Of a stretch of 64,000 bases of DNA, positions 19,234 through 28,845 are shown piece after piece. Each line of letters begins with the position of its first letter. Position 1 is the first letter of the stretch. The notes beneath the pieces are model-generated. The model was not told the DNA's origin. It saw only the letters and a list, made by a program, of their open reading frames with translations, and made no database searches. The DNA lies in contig JBNMKU010000003.1 in assembly GCA_050874505.1 (NCBI GenBank), positions 1,115 through 65,114 of the forward strand, given 5' to 3'. Made by a program: the position numbers and the translations under genes. This stretch comes from Roseburia sp. Its GTDB lineage: Bacteria; Bacillota; Clostridia; Lachnospirales; Lachnospiraceae.

Positions 19234-20841
19234 TTATTTTCTCTCCACCGATACCCCGGTCAGGATCTCTCCTTCTCCGACCTTGTATACGATATGAACT
19301 TTATCCTCTACATTTAAAATCGTTGCAAGTGGATACTCTCTTGCATTTATTATATAATACACGTTGCTTTCTTGCAAACGGATAAAGTAGCAGGTATCCC
19401 CGTCCATGACTGCGGAACGGATCTCTTCTATTTTTCCTGTCACTTCTGCCTGCTCGTCAGGATTTGTCTCCTCTGCCTGCGCCAGTCCGTTTTTCACCAT
19501 CTGCTCGGCATAGTTCTGCTGACATTCCTCTACCGTAGAACCGACGGCAACGATCTGATACTGGCTGACATTTACCATGGCATACATTTTTACGAGCTGG
19601 GAAGCATCCTTTAATGCCATAAAATAAGTAGGTTCCCCACCAATATTTAATAAGATCGGGAATGTAGACTGATAGCTGTACTGCTGGACCGCACCCTGTG
19701 CTGACTTCATACCGGATGCCTCATTTGCCCCGGCGCAGACATAATATCTTGCGTCCTTTGTTCTCTGGTTGACCAGGATAAATCCAAGGTTACTCTCATC
19801 TCCACCGACCGAAGTAACGCCGGTGTAAACCCATACATCATCATCCATTGCAATGTAATTGTAACCACTGGTGGTTTTGGTGCATCCACTCTGTCCTAAG
19901 ATTGAGTTCCAGAAACCGCCCTGATACAAACCATAATAATCATACTGTTCCATGATCAGACTTGCACTGCACACACGATCAACCCAGTTTGGCACTTCGC
20001 CGATCGCGTAATACTGGCTCTCGCCGGTTACCGCATTGACAAGCACTGCGCCCTCTACATCGGTTCCGCCGAATAATCCAATGGTCTTTTTTACCACCGT
20101 TGCGCACCAGTACGGAACGCCATCGTCGTCCACTTCGAAGTTGACATCATAAAACATCTTGGTCGGATATTTAAAACGAAGATACCGGTTGATGTTTCGG
20201 TTTAACGGCTCAGACGGCGAATATTTCATCCCCTCATCCAACCGCTTTACGGTAACTTCCTGTGTTACCATATCGATCAAAAGATATGCCGGGATACCAT
20301 TCTTTCTGTTTTTCCACCATTTGATGATATCACCGTAATTCAGGTAGGTTGCACGGACCGGGATATCATTATAATTGATCTGTGCCGATTCCTCATCGAC
20401 TTCGAACTGGGAAACCAGATCAGACAGTTCTCCCATCTTTTTATTGGCAAGTGTATTTGCCGAAGTCTCATCCAGCATTGGGATCTGATCCCAGGTCACT
20501 TCCTCTACTTCCTTTGAAAAATCTCCCTGTTTGACCGGAAGCAGGGTTGCATAGGTCTTGGAACGGAAAAATACATTGCCCGCGATTCCTCCGACCACGC
20601 TGACCGCAAACAAAACAACGGCGATCACAACCGGTACGGTACATTTCTTTACCAGATGTAATCCAAACTCCTTGACATTTTTCGAGCGGAAGCCCGTCAC
20701 AAAAATATTTGTGGCACAATACACGATACAAAGCAGATAGACAAACGTGTAAAACTCTGCCGAATGGATATTCAGTGCCGGTATTTCAATGTAAAAATAA
20801 GCCGCCCCAAATATAACTGTTACAAGTAAACTGATCAGCAT
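19234..20841 (-). CDS. Hypothetical membrane protein (3 TM plus large extracellular domain)
   Basis: 535-aa ORF with AAGGAG RBS and three N-terminal hydrophobic helices. Confidence 0.75.
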   Translation of the reverse strand: MLISLLVTVIFGAAYFYIEIPALNIHSAEFYTFVYLLCIVYCATNIFVTGFRSKNVKEFGLHLVKKCTVPVVIAVVLFAVSVVGGIAGNVFFRSKTYATLLPVKQGDFSKEVEEVTWDQIPMLDETSANTLANKKMGELSDLVSQFEVDEESAQINYNDIPVRATYLNYGDIIKWWKNRKNGIPAYLLIDMVTQEVTVKRLDEGMKYSPSEPLNRNINRYLRFKYPTKMFYDVNFEVDDDGVPYWCATVVKKTIGLFGGTDVEGAVLVNAVTGESQYYAIGEVPNWVDRVCSASLIMEQYDYYGLYQGGFWNSILGQSGCTKTTSGYNYIAMDDDVWVYTGVTSVGGDESNLGFILVNQRTKDARYYVCAGANEASGMKSAQGAVQQYSYQSTFPILLNIGGEPTYFMALKDASQLVKMYAMVNVSQYQIVAVGSTVEECQQNYAEQMVKNGLAQAEETNPDEQAEVTGKIEEIRSAVMDGDTCYFIRLQESNVYYIINAREYPLATILNVEDKVHIVYKVGEGEILTGVSVERK

Positions 20842-20855
20842 TTCTCTTCTCCTTT

Positions 20856-21734
20856 TTAATTGAACCCACGGAAGCCCTTTCCAATGATCTCACTGCTGTT
20901 CGTGATCGCAATGAATGCAGATGGCTGGTTTTCCCGGATATAGTTACGCAGTTCCACCGCCTGGCTTCGTTTCATAATCGTAATGATCACGGTCTTTTCA
21001 TTGTGCTGGTAAGCACCTTCTGCATGATAGATTGTGGCACTGCGGTTTAAATGTTCTGTGATGAACGCACAGATCGGCTCCGGATCGTTGCAGATGATCG
21101 TGAAATATTTACACAGGTTGATACTCTCAATGACATTATCGACAACCAGTGATTTGGCAAGCAGTCCACACAGGGAACAAAGTCCTGTCTGTGCATCAAA
21201 TACCAGACAGGATGCAATGACAATTCCCATATCTACCAGAAACAGCGCCGCGCCGATATTTAAGCGGGTATATTTCTTTAAGATCATCGCCACAATATCT
21301 GTTCCGCCACCGGATGCGCCCACGTTAAACATGATCGCCGCACTGAAAGCCGGCAGCACGATCGCATACATAAGCTCTAAGACCGGCTGGTTGGTCAGTG
21401 GTCTGTCCATCGGAAACCAGCGTTCCGCTGCACTTAATCCGACTGACATTAAAAGGCTGACATATACTGTTTTAAATCCAAAGCCTTTTCCCAAAAAAAT
21501 AAAGCCGAATACCAAAAGCAGCATATTGATGATAAAGGTAAGGCTTCCCGGAGTGGCTGGCAGTACTGCGCTCAAAACGACTGCGATACCGGTTACTCCT
21601 CCAAATGAAAAATTGTTTGGAAACTTGAATACATAAACACCGACCACAAGGATCAGGGTTGCCACTGTTAAGATCATGTATTCTTCCAGAACCCGCTTTA
21701 TTCTTCCTCTGTTCTTAAACATAATCGTCCCCAT
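20856..21734 (-). CDS. YitT family membrane protein (with DUF2179)
   Basis: GGVTGIA, GASGGGTDIVA, RSAT..AEGAY, PSAFI..IIGKGF. Confidence 0.9.
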   Translation of the reverse strand: MGTIMFKNRGRIKRVLEEYMILTVATLILVVGVYVFKFPNNFSFGGVTGIAVVLSAVLPATPGSLTFIINMLLLVFGFIFLGKGFGFKTVYVSLLMSVGLSAAERWFPMDRPLTNQPVLELMYAIVLPAFSAAIMFNVGASGGGTDIVAMILKKYTRLNIGAALFLVDMGIVIASCLVFDAQTGLCSLCGLLAKSLVVDNVIESINLCKYFTIICNDPEPICAFITEHLNRSATIYHAEGAYQHNEKTVIITIMKRSQAVELRNYIRENQPSAFIAITNSSEIIGKGFRGFN

Positions 21735-21870
21735 TTGTAATGACTTTCTTCTTTAATTAAATACTTTTACAATCTACCACCCGCCACCTGCTCTGTCAAC
21801 TCTGTCTGTCCACTTTTTTGCACTATTTTCCTTTATTTTTGCTCAAAAATTGTTACCGATTCGCTAAACT

Positions 21871-21932
21871 TTTTACAATTTTTTACAATTCGAAACTTTA
21901 TGATTGACTTTTTGGAAACCAGTAGCCATAAT
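21871..21932 (+). promoter_or_regulatory. SigA promoter of the antiporter operon with an upstream 10-bp tandem repeat
   Basis: TTTTACAATT x2 (21871-21890); TTGACT-N17-CATAAT. Confidence 0.6.
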
Positions 21933-21985
21933 AAAGGTTTGAAAAATAGTGTATCTATTAAATATGATATCGGAGGTAATGTCAT

Positions 21986-23428
21986 ATGAAAAAGTTTTTT
22001 ACTTTTTGCGCAGGCATTCTGGCTGCTCTTTCCTGTAGCCCTCTTTCTGTCATGGCTGCAGAATCCGGAGCGGAAAGCGCAACGACAAACGTTCCCCTTT
22101 GGCTTTGTATTCCATTTGCAGGTCTTCTGTTGTGTATCGCAGTCCTGCCTTTAGTAAAGCCTGAATGGTGGGAAAAAAATCAGCCAATCGCTGTTGCAGC
22201 ATGGTCTCTTTTATTCATCATTCCATTTGCCATCAAATATGGTGCAGGAATGGCAACAGAAACCGTGCTTGAATGTATCCTGAACGATTATCTGACCTTT
22301 ATTGTTCTGTTATTCGGTCTGTTCTGTGTTGCCGGCAACATTACGTTAGAGGGCGACCTTGCCGGTTCCCCAAGGGTCAATGTAATCTTCCTTGCTATCG
22401 GTACCTTACTTTCCAGCTGTATCGGAACCACTGGTGCCAGTATGTTAATGGTTCGTCCTATGATCAAGATGAACTCCTGGAGAACAAGAAAAAGTCACAT
22501 TATGATCTTTTTCATCTTCCTGATCTCTAACATCGGTGGATGTTTAACCCCAATCGGTGATCCGCCACTTTTAATGGGATTTATGCGTGGTGTTCCATTC
22601 TTCTGGAGCTTACACTTATTCCCAATGTTACTTACGAATATGGTTGTCTTACTTACCATCTTCTATTTCCTTGACAGACGCAACTATCGCAAAGATATCG
22701 CAGACGGTATGAGACCAGACATCAGCAAACCGGGAACCACCATCCGTTTAGAGGGTGCTCACAACATCATCTTCCTTGTTATGATCGTTGTTGCAGTTAT
22801 CTTAAGCGGTTCTCTCCCAAGCCTTCCTGCATTCCAGGATGCTGCCGGAAATGTACGTGGTATCCACTTTGGCGAGGTTGTTCTTGGCTTCCCATCTATC
22901 ATTGAGATCGCCATCATCCTTCTTGCCGCACTGTTATCTTTCCGTACATCCAATCCGGAAATCCGCACAAAGAACCACTTTACCTGGGGTGCGATCAAAG
23001 AAGTTGCTGTATTATTTGTTGGTATTTTTATTACCATGCAGCCAGCCCTTATGATCTTAAAGGCAAAAGGTGCTGACCTTGGTATCTCAGAACCGTTTGA
23101 AATGTTCTGGGCTACCGGACTTTTATCAAGTTTCCTTGATAACACACCGACCTATCTGGTATTCTTAACAACCGCCGGTTCTTTAGGATTTACAGAAGGT
23201 CTTGCAACTTCCGTAGGTATCATTCCTGCCCACATGTTAATGGCAATCTCCTGCGGTGCTGTATTTATGGGTGCAAATACATACATCGGAAATGCGCCAA
23301 ACTTTATGGTAAAATCCATTTCCGACGAAAACGGTATCCGTATGCCATCTTTCTTCGGATATCTGCTGTGGTCACTGTCATTCTTAATTCCAGTGTTCCT
23401 GTTGGATATGCTGATATTCTTCTTATAA
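21986..23428 (+). CDS. IT-superfamily secondary transporter (sodium:proton antiporter / CitMHS-like)
   Basis: Many TM helices; IGTTGASM, SNIGGCLTPIGDPPL, LSSFLDNTPTY, GANTYIGNAPNFMV. Confidence 0.85.
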   Translation: MKKFFTFCAGILAALSCSPLSVMAAESGAESATTNVPLWLCIPFAGLLLCIAVLPLVKPEWWEKNQPIAVAAWSLLFIIPFAIKYGAGMATETVLECILNDYLTFIVLLFGLFCVAGNITLEGDLAGSPRVNVIFLAIGTLLSSCIGTTGASMLMVRPMIKMNSWRTRKSHIMIFFIFLISNIGGCLTPIGDPPLLMGFMRGVPFFWSLHLFPMLLTNMVVLLTIFYFLDRRNYRKDIADGMRPDISKPGTTIRLEGAHNIIFLVMIVVAVILSGSLPSLPAFQDAAGNVRGIHFGEVVLGFPSIIEIAIILLAALLSFRTSNPEIRTKNHFTWGAIKEVAVLFVGIFITMQPALMILKAKGADLGISEPFEMFWATGLLSSFLDNTPTYLVFLTTAGSLGFTEGLATSVGIIPAHMLMAISCGAVFMGANTYIGNAPNFMVKSISDENGIRMPSFFGYLLWSLSFLIPVFLLDMLIFFL

Positions 23429-23443
23429 GGGAGGGAATCGAAT

Positions 23444-24454
23444 ATGGAAAATAATCACGAAAAATGTTTTGAACTGGCAAAGCGGATTTATGATTTGGAT
23501 ACCAATGTTTACCAGTTATCCGGCTCTGCCTTAGGACGTACCTTCAGTGGTGACAAAGACGGACACATTTCCACTCTTGCCACATTGATCTATACACACC
23601 CACAGGGACATGTGTTACGAAGCGAAATTGCTCTGATCGGTAATATGGCGCGTACCATCCGCAACAAGGAAGACCGCAGCCGTATGATGACCGAATACAA
23701 TGAGATCTTAAAAGAAATCGAAAAAATCCCAATGTCCTTCGGTTCTGTTGATATTGTTGATGATCAGTTAGCAGCTCTTAATATCTCAAACCTGCACCGC
23801 GAGGCATCACCAAACGATCATCTGATCGTTTGTATCGGAAGAACGCACGGAAGTGCCGGAACCGATATCGGATTTGCTCTCGCAGATGCGTTAAAGATCA
23901 ACTACTATGACGTTGAGATCTTCAATCAGGTTTTAGCCCGTTTAGAGGCTGAGCAGGACTCTGTCGCAGACCGCGATAACTTCGCAACTGCATTAGATAA
24001 ACTGCCAGATACCCATGCAAAACGCCGTATCAGTGATTTTAACCGCTATCACGGTCTTCCGAAAAAAGATGCTGTATTCTTCAACCAGAGTGATCTGATC
24101 CGCGATATGGCAAAGAATGAAGACTTCATCGTAATGGGTCGTTGTGCAGATGTGATCCTGACCAACAACCGCATTCCGCATATCAGTATCTTTATCACAG
24201 CTCCATTTGAGCAGCGTGTACGCCGTATCATGGAAGTAAACCACTTAGAGTATCGTGCAGCTGTTAAGCTCCTGAAAAAGCTTGATCGTCAGCATGAGCG
24301 TTATTACAACTTCTATACCGGTCGTAAATGGGGCGATGCTGTAAACTATGATCTGTGTATCAACAGTGCTCACTACGGTATCAAAGAATCTGTTGAGCTG
24401 ATCGAGCGTATGATCGATAAATACCCGACTCACTCAAACAAAGAAAACAAATAA
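23444..24454 (+). CDS. Cytidylate kinase-like family protein with N-terminal extension
   Basis: IGRTHGSAG, VMGRCAD, FITAPFEQRV, YYNFYTGRKWG..NYDLCINS. Confidence 0.85.
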   Translation: MENNHEKCFELAKRIYDLDTNVYQLSGSALGRTFSGDKDGHISTLATLIYTHPQGHVLRSEIALIGNMARTIRNKEDRSRMMTEYNEILKEIEKIPMSFGSVDIVDDQLAALNISNLHREASPNDHLIVCIGRTHGSAGTDIGFALADALKINYYDVEIFNQVLARLEAEQDSVADRDNFATALDKLPDTHAKRRISDFNRYHGLPKKDAVFFNQSDLIRDMAKNEDFIVMGRCADVILTNNRIPHISIFITAPFEQRVRRIMEVNHLEYRAAVKLLKKLDRQHERYYNFYTGRKWGDAVNYDLCINSAHYGIKESVELIERMIDKYPTHSNKENK

Positions 24455-24465
24455 GAGAACTTTTT

Positions 24466-24498
24466 AAAAGAGAGCTGCTTTGGCAGTTCTCTTTTTTT
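24466..24498 (+). terminator. Terminator of the antiporter operon
   Basis: AGAGAGCTGC/GCAGTTCTCT stem plus T7. Confidence 0.85.
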
Positions 24499-24533
24499 GT
24501 CCTGGGATATAATACGGAAGTATCTTATGATTC

Positions 24534-24569
24534 AAAAAAGGAGTATCGCGATATTGCGATACTCCTTTT
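24534..24569 (-). terminator. Terminator of pta
   Basis: AAAAGGAGTATCGC/GCGATACTCCTTTT inverted repeat. Confidence 0.85.
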
Positions 24570-24588
24570 ATCTGATACAGTGACACTC

Positions 24589-25572
24589 TTATGCAAGTGC
24601 TGCTGTAATGATTGCCATGGAATATACCTCAGATGCGTTACATCCACGGGATAAGTCATTGATCGGTGCATTTAAACCAAGTAAGATTGGCCCGTAAGCA
24701 TCGAAGTTACCAAGACGCTGTGCAATCTTATAACCAATGTTACCAGCATTGATGTCTGGGAAGATAAAAGTATTTGCATGACCTGCAACTTCATTTCCCG
24801 GACATTTTGTACGAGCTACACGAGGAGATACGGCTGCATCAAACTGCATTTCTCCTGCGATCGGGAGATTTGGATATTTTGCAGTTGCTTTTTCTGCTGC
24901 ATGACGCATCTTATCAACATCCTCTCCTTTTCCTGAACCATAGGTTGAGTAGCTTAAGAATGCAACTTTCGGATCTACACCGAAGATTCTTGCACACTCT
25001 GCTGTCTCACCAGCGATTTCTACTAACTCGTCCTCTGTTGGATGGATATTGATCGCACAGTCCCCCATTGCAAGAACTTCGTTCTCACCGGTAGCGGCAG
25101 GACGTACCATGATAAAGCAGGAAGATACGATCGTGTTTCCTGGCTTTGTCTTGATAAGCTGTAATGCCGGACGTACGGTATCTGCTGTAGAATAAGTAGC
25201 TCCACCAAGAAGGGCATCTGCAACCCCCATTTTTACTAACATGGTTCCGAAGTAGTTTGCCTGGGATAAGATTCCTTTTGCCTGCTCTGGTGTAACACCT
25301 TTGCTCTTACGAAGTTCACAGAACATGGAAACCATCTCATCAAATCTGTCATAGTTTGTCGGATCGATGATCTCTGCTCCACGGATGTTAAAGCCTGCTT
25401 CCTCTGCAACCTTTGCGATCTCCTCTGGATTTCCAACTAAAATTGGATGAAGGAAGGTTCCTGCCAACAGACGGGAAGCTGCCTCTAAGATACGAGGGTC
25501 ATTTCCCTCTGTAAATACGATTTTTTTCGGATCTTTTTTCAGAATGTCGATTAACTGTCCAAATCCAAACAT
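24589..25572 (-). CDS. pta: Phosphate acetyltransferase
   Basis: EGNDPRILEAA, DCAIN, AFLSYST.GS, GEMQFDAA, GNIGYK, NDLSRGC. Confidence 0.96.
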   Translation of the reverse strand: MFGFGQLIDILKKDPKKIVFTEGNDPRILEAASRLLAGTFLHPILVGNPEEIAKVAEEAGFNIRGAEIIDPTNYDRFDEMVSMFCELRKSKGVTPEQAKGILSQANYFGTMLVKMGVADALLGGATYSTADTVRPALQLIKTKPGNTIVSSCFIMVRPAATGENEVLAMGDCAINIHPTEDELVEIAGETAECARIFGVDPKVAFLSYSTYGSGKGEDVDKMRHAAEKATAKYPNLPIAGEMQFDAAVSPRVARTKCPGNEVAGHANTFIFPDINAGNIGYKIAQRLGNFDAYGPILLGLNAPINDLSRGCNASEVYSMAIITAALA

Positions 25573-25689
25573 TTCTTTTCCTCTCTTTTCTCATTATTTA
25601 TACACTTCTTATTTCGCGTATATTCTGCTCTTATTATATATCAGTTTTTTGGAATTTCAATGTTTGTACTCAAATAAATGCAGTTTTAT

Positions 25690-25746
25690 TTGACATTTCC
25701 CCAGAAGTTTGATACAATGGTTTTAACTTTGTGAAAAAATTAACGG
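25690..25746 (+). promoter_or_regulatory. Near-consensus SigA promoter with a Rex-like operator and no sense gene downstream
   Basis: TTGACA-N17-TACAAT with extended TG; TTGTGAA-AAAA-TTAACGG at 25729-25746. Confidence 0.6.
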
Positions 25747-25763
25747 GTTCTCGATTATTTTTC

Positions 25764-26162
25764 TCAATTTTCTTGTTTCTCTTCTTTTTCTTTCTTGGTA
25801 GCATCCATAAATCTCCGAAAGAAAAATAAAATACAGATACTGATCACTGCCAGCAGATCTTCTAACGGTGTTGTATTATTTACGATCATATGACGTGAAA
25901 TAACGAATACAAGCACCTCTATGATATTCTTGGAATTTGGTTTGCAGAGCATTTTTACAAACTCGATCCCGATCACGACATCCAGCACAGCATCGATAAA
26001 TTCAAGCAATGCCCCCTGCTGCATCCGGATCGACCAATAATGTGCAAACTCCGGGATCAATGTCATTACTGCCACAATGATCGCACAGATGACCACAACT
26101 GCCATCAGAAGCTCTATGAGTTCGCCAATCTCGTACAGGTACTTTCTGATCTTATCTTTCAT
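25764..26162 (-). CDS. Small 4-TM membrane protein (PsiE-like)
   Basis: Hydrophobic helices, VIGIEFVKML..IIEVLVFVISRHMIV; start MKDKI after GGAG. Confidence 0.7.
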   Translation of the reverse strand: MKDKIRKYLYEIGELIELLMAVVVICAIIVAVMTLIPEFAHYWSIRMQQGALLEFIDAVLDVVIGIEFVKMLCKPNSKNIIEVLVFVISRHMIVNNTTPLEDLLAVISICILFFFRRFMDATKKEKEEKQEN

Positions 26163-26293
26163 TTTAATCTCCATTTCTGCCCACTTTTCAGGGCATTCAG
26201 GGTTTGTTCGTATGCACAAATCCTGGGTTTTATCTCCTGATTTCCAGATAGAAAAAAAGCCAGGCAGTTTTCGCTGTCTGACACATTTTTAAA

Positions 26294-26555
26294 CCGAGCA
26301 TCGCCCGTCGACTCCAAACCTTAGACGTTACCTCCACAGCCTGCTCGGCCCAGGCACCCTCACGGCACACAAGAGCTTTTACTTAGGGCTGCTCCATTCC
26401 TGACCTGACCCGGTTCGTAAATTCCTGTTGCGTAAGACCCAGACTTCAACGCCACTTATGAAGGGCAGCTCCACTGCCTGAAAGCCTCTGTTTGATATCA
26501 CCCCAGCTATAGCGGATTGCTGGTGCAGGGTACCGCTACCACCCCGGCTGCTCGG
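26294..26555 (-). ncRNA. ffs: Signal recognition particle RNA, large (Alu-containing) type
   Basis: Domain IV GAACCGGGTCAGGTCAGGAATGGAGCAGCCCTAAG; 5' Alu-like GGGGTGGTAGCGGTACCCTGCACCAGCAATCCGCTA; terminal CCGAGCA/TGCTCGG pairing; terminator at ~26251-26284. Confidence 0.95.
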
Positions 26556-26560
26556 AGACT

Positions 26561-27070
26561 TTAGTATAGCTTATTTTCTGTCGTATTGTCAATAGTTTCG
26601 GGGGCTTTTGCCTTCTTTTTTTCCCTCAGTTCACGGAAAAATGTTGAAAGCATCGTCGAACATTCTTCTCCTAAAATCCCCTTTTCGATCTCAACCTGAT
26701 GATTAAATTGTGCCATCTGCAAAAGATTTAATATGGAACCGGCACAACCCGCTTTCGGATTCATGCTTCCGATAACCACCTTTTTCATCCGGCTCTGCAC
26801 GATCGCTCCGGCACACATCTGGCATGGTTCCAACGTGACATACATGGTGCAGTCCTCCAGACGCCAGTCCCCTGTCTTTTTGCTTGCCTTCTTGATCGCG
26901 GTCAGTTCGGCATGTGCCAACGTATTACCTTCCGTATTTCTTCTGTTATATCCGCGGGCTATGATCTTATCCTGCTGCACGATGACACAGCCGATCGGCA
27001 CCTCATCCAGCGCATAAGCTTTTTTTGCCTCCCGGATCGCCGCCTTCATATATTTTTCTTCCTTCGTCAT
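26561..27070 (-). CDS. tadA: tRNA adenosine(34) deaminase
   Basis: EVPIGC, AHAE, WRL, TLEPCQMCAGA, FFRELR. Confidence 0.96.
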   Translation of the reverse strand: MTKEEKYMKAAIREAKKAYALDEVPIGCVIVQQDKIIARGYNRRNTEGNTLAHAELTAIKKASKKTGDWRLEDCTMYVTLEPCQMCAGAIVQSRMKKVVIGSMNPKAGCAGSILNLLQMAQFNHQVEIEKGILGEECSTMLSTFFRELREKKKAKAPETIDNTTENKLY

Positions 27071-27204
27071 GGACAGTCTCTCCAAAATGTTATACTATGA
27101 TTATTGCGGTCAACTGCATTTGTTCCTATGAGCAAATAGCAGTATCACTGCATATTGTAACCTAGATTTTAGCGTTTGTCGAGCACGCGGAAATGAGGTG
27201 TCTG

Positions 27205-27756
27205 ATGAATTTCGAATATACTACAGATCGTCTGATCTTAAGGCTTCCGTCCACGGATTTTTTGCGGGATCTGTTAGAATTTCAGCTTCGTAACCGGGAG
27301 GTATTTGAAAAATATGAGGCAACACGCCCGGTTAATTTTTATACCCTGCATTATCAGCAGGCTGTTTTAAAATGTGAATTAAAACTGGCTCTCAAACAGC
27401 AGAGCATCCGTTTTTATGTTTTTTCCAAACAGGCCCCGTCGTATATGATCGGTACGGTCTGTCTTCATAATATCATGCCTGTTCCCTATTCCTGCACAGA
27501 GATCGGTTACAAATTCGATACCGCCTTCTGGCACCAGGGCTATGCCACCGAAGCTCTCTGTGAGGTGTGTGCGATCGCGTTTGACGAACTCGATCTGCAC
27601 CGCGTGTTTGCCCGTGTCATGCCGGAAAATACGTCATCTATCCATCTGCTGGAGCGTTTGCACTTTATTGAAGAGGGAATGGAGCAAAAATCCCTCCTCA
27701 TTCAGGGGAAATGGACCGACCACATACGTTACGCTCTCATCCGCCCGGACACCTGA
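27205..27756 (+). CDS. GNAT acetyltransferase, RimJ/RimL family
   Basis: TDRLILR, EIGY..FWHQGYATEA, N..SIHLLERLHF..EG, W.DH. Confidence 0.88.
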   Translation: MNFEYTTDRLILRLPSTDFLRDLLEFQLRNREVFEKYEATRPVNFYTLHYQQAVLKCELKLALKQQSIRFYVFSKQAPSYMIGTVCLHNIMPVPYSCTEIGYKFDTAFWHQGYATEALCEVCAIAFDELDLHRVFARVMPENTSSIHLLERLHFIEEGMEQKSLLIQGKWTDHIRYALIRPDT

Positions 27757-27759
27757 TCA

Positions 27760-28686
27760 CTACTCTTCCACGATCCGGTACCAGTATCCAAACTGGTTTT
27801 CCACCGGCTCCGGCATAAATTCCGGGAAACCGAAAATGGTCGCCATCACACGCTCCTGCGCCTGATAAATGCCCGGTACTCCGATAAACCAGGTACTTTC
27901 TCCCGTTTTTCCCACCACCAGATAACGATAATTAAAAAATCCATGCAGCAAAAAGCTGTTATTTCCCAGATACCAGTAACGGCGTGGCAGCTCCCGGATA
28001 TGCTTCAGCTCGATCTTTACACAGGTGATCTCTCCCTCTTTGTAAAATGCAAAGTGCTCGTGGTTTGCCAGTAAAAATTCCCAGCACGTCTCCCAGTCGC
28101 ACCGCGGATAGATATTTTGCACCGGCAGCTCGGTGGCACTGACTGTCTCCTGTAGATGATCTGGCTGTGGTGGCTGGGCTTGTTGTGCCTGAGCTAACTG
28201 TGGCGGCTGGATTGACTGCGGCTGTAACGGCTCGATTGTCGGTGTGGTCTCCTGCTCTGTATCCGACTCCTCCGGCACCTGCTTTTTCTCCCAGAAACGG
28301 ATCTGTTCCGGCATGACCCGGAATGGCTCGCCCTCTTTCCACCTGCTCATAAAAATACTGCCATCCCCGGCTAGCAGAAGGATTCCCTCCATTACCCAGA
28401 AATTTAATTCTGTTCCCATTACATTTTCAAGTTCAAATGCCGTCAGAAAATTGCCCCTGCCTCCCTGCATTGGCATCTCGCCTAACGGGATCGCCACGAT
28501 CTCTTCCTGCTCACGGATGAACAGGTTAACCTTTACCCCTTTTTGCACCGGGGCGGCTCCCCGTATATGGATCTCCATTCTTCCCTCTTTTGCACGCAGC
28601 TCCATTTTGGCAAATCCTATATTTTCGTTCTTTTCTCCATTTTCATAAGAATAGATATATGCAACAAATCGTTTCATCTCGGACAT
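27760..28686 (-). CDS. DUF6128-like protein
   Basis: YIYSYENGEK..NIGFAK N-terminus; NNSFLLHGFFNYRYL..GVPG..FGF..GYW C-terminus; Gln/Pro linker. Confidence 0.7.
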   Translation of the reverse strand: MSEMKRFVAYIYSYENGEKNENIGFAKMELRAKEGRMEIHIRGAAPVQKGVKVNLFIREQEEIVAIPLGEMPMQGGRGNFLTAFELENVMGTELNFWVMEGILLLAGDGSIFMSRWKEGEPFRVMPEQIRFWEKKQVPEESDTEQETTPTIEPLQPQSIQPPQLAQAQQAQPPQPDHLQETVSATELPVQNIYPRCDWETCWEFLLANHEHFAFYKEGEITCVKIELKHIRELPRRYWYLGNNSFLLHGFFNYRYLVVGKTGESTWFIGVPGIYQAQERVMATIFGFPEFMPEPVENQFGYWYRIVEE

Positions 28687-28776
28687 CGGATACTCCTGCA
28701 TTTCTATTTACTTTCTTCTATTTGTATTCCGGATGGGGAAGGATTAGAACGATTAAGAAAAATATTATCATAGCGC

Positions 28777-28832
28777 TTGACATTTCCCTGTTTTTGTTTT
28801 ATATTTATTATAGTAATAATTCCTATTATTAC
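28777..28832 (+). promoter_or_regulatory. perR promoter with autoregulatory palindrome
   Basis: TTGACA-N17-TATATT followed by GTAATAAT-TCCT-ATTATTAC (28813-28832). Confidence 0.7.
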
Positions 28833-28845
28833 AGAAAGGGACGAT

